Assembly: GCF_038025025.1 (NCBI RefSeq)
Contig: NW_027117339.1
Span: 2,666,001 to 2,730,000 of the forward strand
Direction of reading: 5' to 3'
Source: Phyllosticta citribraziliensis
Taxonomy: Eukaryota
Length of the DNA stretch: 64,000 nucleotides
The notes below the pieces were generated by a model, which was not told the DNA's origin, did no database searches, and saw only the letters and a list, made by a program, of their open reading frames with translations. A program made the translations under genes and the position numbers. Below are positions 34,772 through 49,106 of the stretch, one piece after another. How positions within the stretch are numbered: the first letter of the stretch is position 1; each line of letters opens with the position of its first letter.

Positions 34772-37700
34772 ATGGGCCTGAGGCCGGCCTTTGTTGCCAA
34801 TGTCCCTCGTTTTCGACTGCCTTCACTAAGAGCGTGCCAAATTTCTCCGTTTCGCCCTTCGCCCGCATCCTGTCCGACATTTGGCTTGAGCTCGCCTGGC
34901 GGCTGTCAGTCACAACCATGGCGCAGTCTCCTTGTGCGCGGGAAGAGGACTACGACATTGAAAGCCAATGAGTTGCCCCAAGGACCAATTGACGCCGCGC
35001 CGCTTGATAATCTCGACGACGATGCTGGCCCGGCGTACCCAACCGTAATGCAGCAAGTGCGCAACAACATGCGCAAATTTCCACACTGCGTGGTCCTGAC
35101 GCGTGTTGGCAACTTTTACGAGGTAGACCTGAAAAAGCGCTCTGGAGTCCGAGACTAACTAGGCCAGCTCTACTTTGAACATGCCGAGCACTATGGTCCT
35201 CTACTTGCCCTTAAGGTCGCCCACAAGAAGACCAGTGTTGGCCCGGTATTCATGGCCGGGTTCCCCTATTTCCAACTGGACAGATTCTTGAAGATCTTGG
35301 TGCAAGATCTCCAAAAACATGTAGCATTAAGCGAAGAAATTCGAAATGATGTCTCGTCCAAAATCAAAGCTGGAGGGCTCATGTTCGATCGCCAGATTTC
35401 CCGAATCATCACTCCTGGGACTCTGATCGATGAAAAATTCCTGGACCCATGGGAGAACAACTACTGTCTCAGTATTCATGTTGATCCGTCTTCGTCCTCT
35501 TCTGACGGCTCTGAAGGTCCTGCAGGTTCCCAATCAGGGGGTGTAGGTCTGGCTTGGGTGGACATTTCCAGCGGCGAGTTCTTTACCCAAAGCACGACCT
35601 TCGGCAGCCTTTCCTCAGCTGTAGCCCTAATTGGACCCCGCGAAATCGTTCTCGAGCAGTCACATCAAGACCACAAGAATTCGCGTCTTTTGCAGGTCCT
35701 GGAGGGGGACCGCCACAAAATCACCTTCCACGAAGCCAAGGTACAAAATCAGTCGCCGGATGGGTGGGTTGCCACGTTGAAGGAGACTTTGGGCGAATTT
35801 AAAAGCGACAGCTATCAGCACTGTGAACTTGGCGCCGCGGGTTTCCTTTTGGAGTTTGTCCGCACACAGCTCCAACGTTCTGACATAGCATTGGAGGCAC
35901 CGGTTCGCCGCCAGGCCAGTGAGTACATGAGCATCGACAAAAATACCATGAAGGCTTTGGAGTTGAAGGAGACCCTGAGGGAAGGGAAACTCGAGGGCAC
36001 TTTACTTCATGCGGTCAGGCGAACATCTACCAAGGGCGGTGCTCGATTATTGACCCAGAGACTCAGTAAGTTTTGTTCTGTAGCCCGATCGGTCTGTCTC
36101 TCGTTGACAAACTTTGAGTCTCGCCATCATTGTCCCTTGGAACTATCAACGAACGCCTCGACTTGGTTGAGCGATTCCTGAGCGATGGAGTCCTTCGTCA
36201 GAGAATCGGGGGCATGCTTTCATCAACTGCCGATTCCACTCGCTTGGTTCAAAAGTTCGCCATGGGGAAGGGCGATGCCGACGATTTGCTTGCATTGGCC
36301 AAAACGATCCAGCTTACCGAGGATGTTTCCAATACTCTGGAGAGTGCAATGCTTGATGATGCAACTGCCCCAGGGTCGGTGTTTTCTGGCCTGTTGAATC
36401 GTCTATCGCTCCAAGGACCCAAGAGGCTGGCCAGAAGAATCAGTGTAGCCATTGACGAGGAAGGGCTTTCCGAACAACATCGAATTGAGGCTGACGAAGC
36501 AGCAACCATGGTGGGGCTTGCGGCTGAGGTTCTCAGTGAAGAGGGGGAAGAAAAGACAGGGAGCAAGGGAAAGCAAACAAAGTCAAAGCAGAGTGAGAGA
36601 TCGAGCAATTCTGACACAGTCCCGCGGGAAGTATGGATCATGCGGCGAAGGTAAGGGTTAGAATTCCTCATTTTGGGTGGTATTTTCTGATCCCCGCAGC
36701 GCGAGCAAAGCATTGGAGCGCCTCCATCGGGACTTAGATGAGCTTGATGAACAGCGAGAGGAGCTCTGCCACGAGCTGCGAGAGACTGCTGGTAAGTCGA
36801 TTGTGCGATACTTCAACAAGACCAGATTTCTGACTGGGGCAGGTACGTCGGGCTTGACGCTGCGATGGTCATCGGGTCTCGGACACCATGTCCACGTGAA
36901 GGGATCAAAGGGCAACATGTTAAATGTCGAATCTGCCCGACGCATCAGCTCAAGCAAGTCGACACAGTCATACTCTGTGCCCTTGTGGAATTTCCTAGGT
37001 TCCAAACTCGATGACGCCAGATCTAGGATCCGATCCGAGGAACAAAGGGTCTGCAGAGAACTAAGGGCAGAGGTGGTGCTCAACCTCGTGAAGATGCGAC
37101 GCAACGCGACTGTGCTCGACGAACTGGACGTGGCTTGCTCCTTTGCCACACTGACTGAGGAAAAGGGCTTTGTGCGTCCATTGCTGAACCACAGGACTTC
37201 CCACAACATTGTGGGCGGAAAACATCCAGTTGTCGAGGCTGGCCTCTTGTCTCAGGGCAGGAATTTCACTTCAAATGCCTGTAGCGTAGGAGAGGATGAG
37301 CGTATTTTGCTCATCACCGGGTATGTCACTCCTGAAACCTCCTAGCTGGTGCTAATCATGTTGTTGAGAGCAGGCCTAACATGGCTGGCAAGAGCACGTT
37401 CCTGCGACAGAATGCCTTGATTTCTGTTCTTGCTCAGACTGGTTCCTTTGTCCCCGCGCAGTTCGCAGAAATTGGTCTGGTAGACAAAATTTTCAGTAGA
37501 GTGAGTGACAGTAAGAATCTCGCTACCGCCTCATGTTGACATTGCTCTAGGTTGGATCCGCCGACAACCTCTACCAGGACCAGTCGACATTTATGGTCGA
37601 GATGCTCGAGACGGCCGAAATTCTAAAGCAGGCAACACCACGCTCATTTGTAAGCTTTGCTCTCGCAATGGTGATCGCAACTGACTCCAAGCACAGGTCA

Positions 37701-38091
37701 TCATGGATGAGGTTGGACGAGGTACAACTCCAGAGGACGGGATCGCGGTCGGCTACGCCTGCCTGCATCATCTCTACCACATCAACAAGTGCCGCGCGCT
37801 GTTCGCGACTCATTTCCACAAGCTCGCAGATATGACTGAGGGCTTTGAGAAATTGGGATGCTACTGCACAGACGTTGAGGAGTCGGCCGATGGTACTTTT
37901 GCCTACGTACATCGGTTAAGGAAGGGGGTCAACAGAAAGTCACATGCGCTCAAGGTTGCGCAAGTGGCGGGTATGCTCCCTCGAGACTCACGAGAACGCC
38001 GTGGCCTGCTGACGCGTTTATAGGGATGCCGAAGGAAGCAATTGAGGTAGCGAACGAGGTTTTGAAGGGCTTGGAGACGCCAGCATTATAA
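34772..38091 (+). CDS. MSH1: Mitochondrial MutS homolog
   Basis: Basic presequence; [14 protein letters not shown], Walker [38 protein letters not shown] and SHALKVA. Confidence 0.93.
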
Positions 38092-38568
38092 AAGTCAGAT
38101 GCGGTGCTGGACTTAGCCCCTCTCCGGACCAACAAGACAAAATCGCATCTCTTGCAGAGCGAACAGCGCAAAAACAGATGGAAAACTGATGCTTTGATGG
38201 CCACTTCAATGATTCAAGCACCTGGCATTATGCTGGTTCCACGTGACCAATGATGCTTGCCCGACAGCGCTCTACATACTCTTGCGCTGGCGATTATCGA
38301 CGGACATCTCTATCACGAATAGAGTAATTAAATGCACACCGTGCTTGCTGTTTGGTTGACAGGAGATTTGAGGAAATGAATTGCCAACACCAATCGCTAT
38401 CTTAGTGTACACCCATGAGAATCGGTTCGACTGCGAACTAAAGACTAAGATCGCACGCTGAGGTAGTTTGCGAAAAGCGTCGCCCATACACCACGTGAAG
38501 CCGTTGCCGTTTTGAGACCATGAAAATTTTCCCTCCGTTTGCCCGAAATCCCGAGAGAGCGAGAAAAT

Positions 38569-39493
38569 TTACTGAGGAGGACGAGGGGCCGACGGAGCGC
38601 TGAAGTCGAGCTTCAATGTCCTTCCGTGGATCGACCTGCCGGTCAGGATGTCCCTCGCCTTGCTCGCACTGACCTCGTCAATGAAGTCAGCGTGGGCAAA
38701 TCCCCTCGGCATGCCGGTCCTGCGGTCGACGGCCACTCTGACGTCAAGCACGTTGCGAATGTCGCGGAAGAGGTCGTTCAAGTCCTTGTCGGTCATTTCG
38801 TAGGAAAGGTTGCCGATGAACAGAGTCTTGGTAGGAGAAGAGGGAGCGCGGGGAGCGTCACGCTTGGGGCGGTTGTCCTGAACGTATACCGAGATGCGGC
38901 GGCCGTCCATGACGGATTGGTGCTTGTCCTGGGCAGCATTCACAGCTGCTTCGTTGGTTTCGAAAGTGACGAATCCAAAACTGCAAGCCAGTCAGTACAA
39001 GTCCGTATGGCCATGGTTCTGAGCACAACATACCCTTTGCTGAGACCGCGCGGGTTGCGGATGAGTCTGACTTCAGACACCTTGCCATACTTTGAGAATT
39101 CCGAGAGAATGTCGCTCTCCTTGGTCTGGAAGAACAGGTTTCCAATGTAGACCGAGTTCGATGGCGATGCCGCATCAGCAGATTCGGATGCGCCGTCACG
39201 GGCGTCGGCGGCGTCAGCGGCCTGCGCAGGCGCCTCGTTCTCGGGAGCAACCGACTCGTCCTCGGGGCGAGCGTCATCACTAGCAAATCTCCGCTGGATG
39301 GGGAGCAAGAACTTCTGGCGTTGCGGGATCGAGATAGTCGACAGGCGGGTGAAGGAGCGAGCACTGGTGGGGACAGCGAGGCGCGAGGACGCGAGGACGC
39401 GCACAGCGGCTCTACGGAGGGCAAACCTGTCCAAAAATGTCAGTGACAAGGTCAATCGAGCGACAGAGCGTTGGGCGCATTGAATACGCACAT
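38569..39493 (-). CDS. Two-RRM RNA-binding protein with probable mitochondrial presequence
   Basis: N-terminus MFALRRAAVRVLASSR; RNP2/RNP1 motifs VYIGNL, KGFGFVTF, LFIGNL and RGFAHADF; ATG split by the first intron. Confidence 0.85.
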
Positions 39494-39842
39494 GGTGACG
39501 AGGACGAGAGAGGTGGGTGTGATTGTCGGAGTGTTGGTTGGGTAGGTACGATGGGAGGCAAGAGGATTTCTTGCGAGTGCGACCAACCGAAAGTTCTAAT
39601 TGAGGCCAACCTAAGTCGAGCGACCGCCTGAGCGCCCGGCCGCTAGCTTGATCAGGCCTAGGCGGTGCGGCGGCGAGCGCTGATGCCGTGCCGAGGCTCT
39701 TGATTCCTTCCCCGCGCTTCCGCTCGTCGCCCTTGGTCAGCAACGCCATCGTCGTCTGTCGTGCCCCTCTTTCAACTCCCTCTGCGCGTCTCTTGGCTAT
39801 ACCGCCCTCCAGAACCTGTTGTGCCGCCACAGCTCTTCCAAC

Positions 39843-41846
39843 ATGTCGTTCCTAGGCGGGCCCGAATGCTCGACCGGAAGCAACCCGCTCGGCCAGTTCA
39901 CAAAGCACATGCAGGATGATAAGTCGCTCCAGCGAGATCGCCTGGTCGGCAGAATGCCTGGTCCCATGCAAGAAGGCATGAGGAGCCAGGCCATGGGCAA
40001 TGGACAAGACCACGTCCGGTGCTCCCCTCGTCATTTCCTTTGAGCCTCATCGCTGACGTGCCTCTTGCAGATGATGGATGACTTTATGAGAGAACACCCC
40101 CAGCTTCCACAGACCGGCAGCCCTGCCCCGTTCGCCATGGAGCAAATGCGCCGCGAGCTTGACCAGGTTTCCCATCATCGCAACGGCTCTTCCGGCTGGG
40201 CGGCCGAGTTCGACGTCGGCAGAGAAGCAGCGCACGCAGACCCAACTTTCCACAATGCTCCACCTGCCGGTTTCAACGCTGCGGAATTCGCCACGTTTCA
40301 GCAAATGGGATCAAACGGCCCTGCAAGAACAGCCAGCCCTGCCACGAGCGGGCCTTCGCACCTGGCAGGCCATCAACGACCTTTTGGATACGGCATGGGA
40401 ATGGGCATGCGCATGGGCGGTATGGGTGTTGGAATGGGGCCCGGCATGATGAATGGACAATTTGGCCCTCAAGAGCATGCCGACCAGGATGTCAAGGGCA
40501 AATCTCGAATGGTGGAACTAGACGATCACGACTGGGAAGCACAATTTGCTGAGCTGGAGTCGTCAGGCCAGCGCGACGCTGAAGCACTGGATAGGGAGGC
40601 GAATGCGGCCATGGAAGCCGAACTCAAGGACATTGACAGGTCAGTGCTCACCGAAACCAACGAGTTTGGCGATTTTGAAAGCATCTGGCGGGGCATCCAA
40701 GCTGAAACAGCAGATGCCAGGGCACTCGCGGCGGAGGACGAAGAATTTGCCAAAAACATGCACGTGGGCGATCTGGATCAATGGGAAGGCGTCGACATGC
40801 TCAACACGCACTCGTCTCTGCGCGATCCATACGTGGGCGACTACCTCTTTGAGCAAAACAACCCCTTCAAGTCGGCCACCGACCCATTCGCAGAAGGCCT
40901 CGCGATCCTCCAAAATGGCGGAAATCTATCTCTCGCGGCCCTTGCGTTCGAGGCGGCCGTGCAAAAGGATCCTCAGCATGTGGAAGCATGGACGAAATTA
41001 GGGGCGGCACAGGCCCAGAATGAGAAGGAGTCGCCGGCCATAAGAGCGCTGGAACAGGCCCTCAAGCTTGATCCAAGCAATCTAGAGGCGTTGATGGGAC
41101 TCGCCGTTTCTTACACAAACGAAGGCTACGACAGCACGGCGTACAGGACGTTGGAAAGATGGCTGGCGACCAAGTACCCGCAGCTCGTGGATCAGCCACT
41201 GTCTGCGCCGGCCGACGTAGGCTTCACTGACCGCATCTTGCTCCATGAAAAGGTGACGAATCTGTTCATCGCAGCAGCGCAGCTGTCGCCGTCGGGGGAG
41301 CAGATGGACCCAGATGTACAGGTGGGCCTCGGCGTTCTATTCTACGGGGCCGAGGAGTATGACAAGGCGGTAGACTGCTTTGGAGCCGCGCTGGCAAGCA
41401 CAGAATCGGGGACCAGCAACCAGCAGGACCAGGTGCATCTTCTATGGAACCGGCTCGGAGCGACGCTGGCCAATTCCGGGCGCAGTGAGGAGGCGATAGA
41501 CGCGTATGAGCGAGCGCTGGCGCTGCGGCCCAATTTCGTGCGAGCGCGCTACAACCTGGGGGTTTCCTGCATCAACATCGGATGCTTCGAGCAGGCGGCA
41601 CAGCACCTTTTGGGGGCACTGGCCATGCACAAGTTTGTGGAGCAGGAGGGCAGAGAAAAGGCGCGAGAGGTGGTCGGAGACGGCATCAGCGAAGGGGAGC
41701 TCGACAGGATCATCAGCCAGAACCAGTCGACCAACCTGTACGACACGCTGCGGAGGGTGTTTAGTCAGATGAATCGGAGGGATCTCGCCGACGGGGTCGG
41801 GGCGGGCATGGACATTGATAGATTCCGGGGGGAGTTTGATTTTTGA
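39843..41846 (+). CDS. PEX5: Peroxisomal PTS1 receptor
   Basis: MSFLGGPECS (conserved N-terminal Cys), WxxxF motifs (WAAEF, WEAQF), and TPRs including LWNRLGATLANS and RARYNLGVSCIN. Confidence 0.96.
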
Positions 41847-42544
41847 GGAGAGACAGGAGTGCCGGAGAAGGACGCCGAGCAGCACCACACGACGTACCTA
41901 CACTACTACAGTAGGGGACAGCAGGGAGTGGAGGACAAGGCACCGGAACGGAAGGCAAGGAAGACGGACGGCCGAGACGGAGGAATTCCGTCGACGTGCC
42001 TGAGGAGCAGAAAAATATGGGGCCGTCATGTTCGAGGGGCCAGCGAGCAGGGCAGGGCGTCAGGTCTTCGGTTCTTCATCACGCACCCACTCGGCGTGCG
42101 CCTGTGCTCGCTCCCCTTGCAGACGCCCGCACCCCCTGTGTCTGTGGGGTTGCTTGGTGGTTCTTGGTTTGTCCGACCTGGCTGGCTGACTGACGATGGC
42201 GCCGATTCAGGTGAGGGTCGCTCTCACCGGACGGACATGCATGGACCCAGGGCACAACACGTGCTGATGGGCAGCGGCATGACGATGGCGCCCGGCGACG
42301 ACGACATCTGATGCTCCTCAACCACCCACCCAGGCAGGAGAAGCAAAGCACGCGCCAGAAAGACTGCCTGTGCAGGCGCCCGAGCTCGGGGGAAGCGTCC
42401 GCGTTCTTGATGTTGTTATTATTATTACTATTGCCACGGCTGCTGCCCAACCCTGCTGCTCTACATAGTCAGTCTTGTCTGTTGTTGCTGCAAGGTGTGT
42501 GAGTGAGTGAGGGCGGACTTGCATGCTTCAAATGTTGCTGCATC

Positions 42545-44190
42545 ATGTCGGCTCCTCCTCGTTACCGCCCTTCTGCTGCTGCGCCTATATCTCATGGTCG
42601 TCGTCCTCATCCGCATCCTCATTCTCCTGCCAGCGTCGCTGTGCCCCCCAGCGCCCACCGAAGACCTGCCACCACCGAGACCACCTCGTCGTCGCCGTCT
42701 CCGTCAAAAAGGCCGCCTTTTCCCCCGAGCAGGATGCCCGCCCCGCTGCTCTCCGCCCAAGAATATGTCGCTCTGCCTCCCTCGGTCCAGTAAGCCCGCT
42801 CGCCCCCAATCAATACATTGAGACCTACAAGGTACAAAGACGGCTCGCTGACATCCATGCCCCCTCCGACAGACGCAAGTACTGCTCTTCGTTTGAGCGT
42901 CAGAGACTGGCCGAGCGCTCCACACCCGACATGAACTCGCCCTCGCCCTCGCCCTCGCCCTCGCCCCGGCGCCCGCAGACGTCGCACTCGTCCCAGCGCA
43001 GCGCCAGCCAATCAAGATCGCACAGTGCAACCCGCAAGAGACTCCGCAAGGCGCGCAACACGCTCGACTGCGACGTCACGCAAGCCGAAGCCCAGTGGTT
43101 TCTCTCATTGCCGGACAAGATCATCAAGACCTGCCTCAGTCGCGACGAAGCAATTCTGCTCGCTCACCGATGCGAGGCCCTCATCATCGACTCGGACTCG
43201 GAACATGGCCCCACTGGCGACGACGCCGATAGGAGAGGACGATGGCCTCACGAAGAAGCCAGTGGCCATTCTCACGACCCCGACGCTGCTGCAGAAAGCC
43301 CTCGCCCTTCCAACCACATGAGCCCCCGCCCGCTGCCTGCGCGCCCCAGCGTCAGTCCACGACCAACTCCGCTGCGCAAGGCCTTGCCGTCCACGCACGG
43401 CTTTGCTCGCCATTCTTCGGCACCTCCTCTTCCAAGCCCCAGCGCTCTTCCGCTTCATCACCACTCTGCGCGCCCGCGGGCTGCCTCCAATATTGTGGCT
43501 CCGCGCCACAGCGGCGACGCAAACGAGCCCTATGCAAAGCACTACCAGGATCCAGAAACGCGCTCCAAACTCCGCGAGTATCTCGCCTCCACGCAAAAGT
43601 TCGACGAGGTTGTCGAGTATGGCTTTCCGGCGTCCAAGCCACCCGTCGACCACTCCGCCGAAGCTCCCAGGTCGGATCCGTACTCGCGCTTGGCCAGCCG
43701 CGACATGCAGACCTTTCTCCGCGATGACGCCGTCTCTTTTCTCAGTAGCAGCATCGACGATGAGTCTGACGAGGAGCACAGCAGTGTCGCTGACATGGAC
43801 GCCCCCATGACGCCTCTTGATCACGACGAGGGCTTCCGAGCACAGCTGCCAGAATCCAACAAGTCTTCGATGGATTCAAGAGGTGGCGCACCCCAGCCTT
43901 GGCGTCCAAACGGGTCCCACGAATCACACCTGAATCCCTTGTCGCAGCCGATGGGAAATCGCGAAATGACGCTGCGAATGACTCTGACGAGGCCTGAGCT
44001 GCGCGCAGATGAGACGGAGCTCTACGGCTGGCAGCAATCCGAGGACAGGAAAAACGACCCCCTGGCTCTCCAGGACCTTCCTCCGGAGAACGATGACAAA
44101 ACCGGCATGCATGGACCCTTTGCGGCGCACGCGAGCAAACACACAAGACTCGTCCGCAAGTTCTTGGGCAAAGTAAAGAAGGGGAAGTGA
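42545..44190 (+). CDS. Low-complexity hypothetical protein
   Basis: One intron (about 42790-42871) joins EYVALPPSVQ|RKYCSSFER; ordered-looking blocks HYQDPETRSKLREYLASTQKFDEVVEYGFP and REMTLRMTLTRPELRA. Confidence 0.75.
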
Positions 44191-45044
44191 AGATTTGCAG
44201 TTTCACTTGATCAAGTCTCCCCTTTTATTTCTTCGATTCACCCCTCCCCGTCATTCTCGTGTATTGATTTATTTCGGTTTCGGAGCGACAGCGGCGTCAC
44301 GAAGTTACGATTCCCGTTAGAACTGTAAATGTATCTAGTTTTGTCCTTGTACTGCGCATCTGGAGGGCAGAGTCAAAGAGCGTTCGTGGGTGGATGGATG
44401 ATGGATGGACATTGCTGGGGCCAGTGGTCCGTGGTCGCACGGGGCGCATGTAGTCGTTGCAAAAAGGTGCGGAATCAATCAGAGTCTGAACGCTGCAAGC
44501 GCGCAGCTGCAGCGAGACCCCAAGTCTGTCCAGTAGAAACGGTGTTGTGCCTATCTATGCATGGAGGTTTTTCACTCACTCTGCATCCATGTTGCACATG
44601 GAAGAGGTTATTCCCGGTTTGGACGTGTCGATTGGCTGGAAGGCGGTACGGTACGCACGCGCGAGCCCGGGAAACCGGCCAGACCCGTCCGTCTCCGTCT
44701 CGGGCTCCCTGCTCCAAGCTGAGGACTACCAGTTCTCTTCCCTTCTCTTGGGCCTGTCCCTCGTCATCTCATCAACCTCTTCGCCGACCGAACCACACCC
44801 CTCCAACTCCGACGCCTCAGCCATGTCTGCTGCGCTCCACCGTCGCTCTTTCTAGCCTGTGGAATTCTTCTTGTCTAAATAATCCGACCGACTCGTGCTG
44901 GACGCGACTCTATACTGTCTCTCACTACAACGATTCATCCTACAAACAATTCTACAGCATCCCACTCTCTTATTCACTCATTCCTTTCCGTGCACAGACA
45001 TTTCCCAGCATCCTGATTTCACAAGACAAAGCTTTCCATTCAAA

Positions 45045-46766
45045 ATGCTGGGCGTCAACCTATCCGTCCGCTCCCTGATCCAAGCCAAAGGTCTGGGATT
45101 CTACCAACAGGTCAACGCCCTTAGCGACGATGGGCTAGGTCCCGACGAGGAGACAGAAGGAAAGGAAGAGGAATTCCAGGAAGAGCATGGGTTGCAGGAC
45201 TGCCGCGCCAACCACACGAAACAATTGATGTGGATCTATGTGGCGTATCTAGCTGAAGCGTGCGCGCCCCAGAGACCCTCCCCGACGATTCTCACTGACA
45301 TAACGGTACAGCGTTGTCGCTTCCAGCCTGCAACCCCAGCTCAAGATGCTCATATCCAACGAGGACTTTTGCGGCAGCTTGTCGACGTCGTATCTGCGAA
45401 GCATTCTCGATTGCGCCTACGCTTTCGGCGGCACCGTTGGAATCTTATGGGGATATCTGGCTGACCGTGTTGGAAGGAAGCCTGTCGCGCTTGGCGGGCT
45501 GTTTGGAATGGCCATTTGCTGCCTCTCCATGGGCTTCGCGACCGATCTCGTCACCTGTACCGTTCTCCGCTTCGCAGCTGGCCTCGTGAGCTCGTCCGTC
45601 GTCGTCAGCACACTCACCATGATTGGCGATCTCAGTTCGAATCCAGCGGACAGAGCACAAAATGTTGCCAGGCTTCCTCTCGTGGGCGTCTGTGGCTCCA
45701 TAGGACCCTTGGTGCAGGGGATGGTTGCTGGCAGCGTCAATGCGCACGGAGCTATATGGGAGAAATATCCGATTTTGAGCAGCCAAATTGCATGCGGCAG
45801 CCTGGTCCTGATCATTGCTGTCGCAGCCACATTTGCACTTGATGAGGTCAGTCGGGCTGGTGAAAGTCGTGTAGAGAGCGACGCGGTTCCCGCTAACCAG
45901 ACAAGTAGACCCTGCCTCGCATGGCCGCATCCCCTGATTCGACCGAGTTCGACTGCGAAAGAGCAGCGTTCCTGGGCCAAGATGACCCTGAGACGCCGTC
46001 AATCCGCGTCGTCGACTTTACTCGCCCAGAACCGATAGGTCTTGGACCTTTCCTGCGGGCGCCCTCTTTACTGATTCTCTTGTGTTCCTTTTCCATTCTC
46101 TCCCTCCACGCGTCGTCCTTTGACGTTCTCCTTCCTCACCTTGGGCACAGCAGCAGCCGCCACGGCGGAATGGGTCTCCCCTGCAACTATCTGGGCCTGA
46201 TTCTGCTCGCAGTCCGGGCAGTCGCTGGCATGGCGGTGCTGCACGCCATCCCGCGCGCAGTGGAAAGATTCGGACTGCTACGCCCATTCCGATCGCTTGC
46301 GCTCTTCTTCCCTGCCATTTACGTCCTGACTCCGATCCTCGTCTTCGTTTCCATGTGCTCTGCACCACTGACTGCCGTGACTTCGACGACGGCGATTTTC
46401 GTAAAGCATACACTGGCCAACGCGGCGCAGGCTTTGGTGACGCTGCTGATGCTCAATGTGGCGCCCGATGCTTTTTCGGCGGGCACGGTCATAGGGCTGA
46501 TGCAGACAGCGTGGCTGTTCAAGGCCCTGGCTGTTGCCGTCAGCGGCGCAAGCTTCTACTTGAGCAACGACTTTAGCGTCACGACGACCAACTATGCGTT
46601 GTGGATCAGCCTTGCGGTGCTGGGTGCAGCGGGTGCGGGGCTGGCATGGTTTGTTCGAGAGCGGCCCAGCGTGGAGAGGGACTTTCCTGCAGAGGTGCTT
46701 TGCTGGGAGACGTGTTTTGACGCCGAGGGCGAGGGGCCGGCGTACAAGGCGGAGGAGGAGGCGTGA
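45045..46766 (+). CDS. Major facilitator superfamily transporter
   Basis: MFS motif A WGYLADRVGRKPV; multiple TM segments; two introns. Confidence 0.85.
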
Positions 46767-47061
46767 GGGGTTGGTTGTTGTTTTTTTTGGATTTTTTGGT
46801 CTTTTTTCCGATTTTTGTCGCTACCTTAACCTGAGTCACTCCTTGAACTTAATCGTAGAACCAGATTGTACCCGCTATGACTTGCACGAGTGCAGTAGGT
46901 CGCGTGGTAGCGTGGATGAATAATGAACCTAAAGGGAGCTCCCTGGGTGACGGCCAGACGCGTCGGGCGATGGGTGACGGGCGACGGCGCAGGCAGGGCA
47001 CTGGGCAGCGGTGGGTCCCTCGCCGTCTCGGTCTCTCTGGGTCTGGGGTCTTGCCTGGTCC

Positions 47062-47100
47062 TGGTCTTGGTCTTGGTCTTGGTCTTGGTCTTGGTCTTGG
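47062..47100. repeat. (GGTCTT)n hexamer microsatellite
   Basis: Six or more perfect copies, intergenic. Confidence 0.9.
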
Positions 47101-47386
47101 TTGGATTCCCTTCCGTGCGCGTGCGGTTCCACCGCAAGCAAATCCAAGCACAAGCATAACCCATCTCAGGTCAAGTCGGCCAGCATCCACGGCAAGGAAA
47201 ACCGCCGCGAAGGGTTCGGACAGACAAACCGGCAGGGGCCACCCTTCTCTGTCGCACCATCCCAGTTCTCCTCGTCGTCGTCCCGTTCTCATTTGTTTAT
47301 TTCCTTCTGCTCCCCAAAACAACTGCGCTCCTCTCTCCCCTTCTCTCGCCGTCTTCTCTTCTCCCAATAACGACATATCCTACATC

Positions 47387-49106
47387 ATGGGCTTGCGCGC
47401 CACCTATGAAGCATTCCTGGCCTCCCCATCCGCCGCGGGGGCGTTGGCTCCCCAAGCTTCCATCAACTACATTCCCACGTTGACCTCCGTCGCCGACGCT
47501 GACGCCGTTCTCAAGCACCTTCAGGCGCAAACCAAAGTTCTGACCAAGAAGGACGAAAAGGTCCTGAGCGCTGTCGAAGCTGAATCTGCCCTGTGCTTGG
47601 ATATCGAGACTACGATTGAGTTCAACACTGGCGGCGGCGCCTACCTGCCGGGTCTCGATGACAACTTCCTGGCAGACCGTGTCGTCGTCTTCCCCATGGT
47701 TCGTGACCCCTTCGCAGTGTTTTTGGGACCGCGCCTGACCCGAATCTGCTCTCCAGGTCCACATTGTCCACTTTGACAGTCAGCAGAGAATACGCACAAT
47801 CCGTCTGTACTGGGATCAGGCGTCTCTTCTGAAGCAAGTTGAAGTCATTGGATCCCGCGCAAAGAACTGGCCGATTCGCGACGGCAAAGAGCAGGCTCGC
47901 TTGATCATTTCCAGCTCCTCGCCTGGACAGAAATCTTCGGCGTCTTCCGCTCGGAGCAGCTTCGCCGGAGATCCCCACGCAAGCTTGTCCCTCTTCCAGC
48001 CCTCTAGCAACCACGAGGACGACGATGTTCCTCGCACATCATTGGCGCCCCGCGCTACCTCGGCCAAACCACCACCCCGCGACCTTCATGAAATTCTCAG
48101 TCCTGAGCGTGCGCCAAGCACGGGTAATGCATCAATTCAGGCCAAGGCCGGCGCGAGCAAGAACTTCCAGCCTATCCGACTGTTTGATGAGGATGACGAT
48201 CCCACCCAATCGCCCTCAAAGTCTCCGACTCGTGGCAAGGCCGGCCCTAAGAAGTATGGGCACTTCGAGTTTGGCGATGGCGAGGAAGCCACCCCCAAGG
48301 CACTGGCCAACAAATCAGGCCTCAAGACCAAGAAGCACGCTCCTCAGTGGGACTTTGAAGATTTCGTGACTCCTGAGAAGCACTCGGTCAAGGTTCACGC
48401 GCAGAACGAGAGGCATTTTGGATGGAGCGACGACGAGGTATGCATCCAACTCGAGATGGCTGCAATGGGTCACTAATCTACATGTACACAGGTTGAGGAG
48501 ACGCCTATGAAGCGTCCTGTTGTCCACCAGCCTCGTGCTGGCACGCAGGCACACTTCGAATTCAACGACGATGCAACACCCACTGCTGACAAGGTCAAGG
48601 CGCCGAGGCTGCGTGCCCAAAATAAGGGCTTGGGCCTTTACAAGGATTCTGTTCTGGGTGAAGGCAGCGATGGCGATGATGCAGGAACCTCGAGCAAGAC
48701 TGACGCGCTCAACAATGTGACCAAGATGGTGAACAATGAGGGCCGTACGAGAGCGTTTGACAGCCATTTCGTCATGGCCGATTCAAGCCCAAACACCGGA
48801 GCTCAGGCAGGCGAGTCGGAGAATGTTGCGGCTCCCAAGAGTAAGAAGGGCCTCGACACCAACTGGGCTCTCTACGATCAGTCTCCGCGGCCATCTGCTA
48901 CCAAGGAGAATATGCCTCAAGGCGTTGCCAAAGAGCGAGGTATCAACATTGGGGGTGACGGCATGGGTGGTCGCAAGGGCTCTAGTCGAGCGTGGCTATT
49001 TGGTGACGATGGACCGGATGCCGAAACGGCGCAGCCTCGTCCCTCGCGCAAAGCTTCGGGAAGAGCTCAAAACACAGCCGCCGACAAGTCATTCTGGGAT
49101 TTTTGA
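47387..49106 (+). CDS. Hypothetical protein with N-terminal NTF2-like domain and disordered C-terminus
   Basis: Motifs GGGAYLPGLDDNFLADR, IRLYWDQASLLKQVEVIG, QWDFEDFVTPEK and GDGMGGRKG; ends SFWDF; two introns. Confidence 0.78.

Noticed and set aside
46849..47376. ORFs with PR, GL, WS or QD dipeptide repeats
   Set aside because: These are translations of the intergenic (GGTCTT)n microsatellite.
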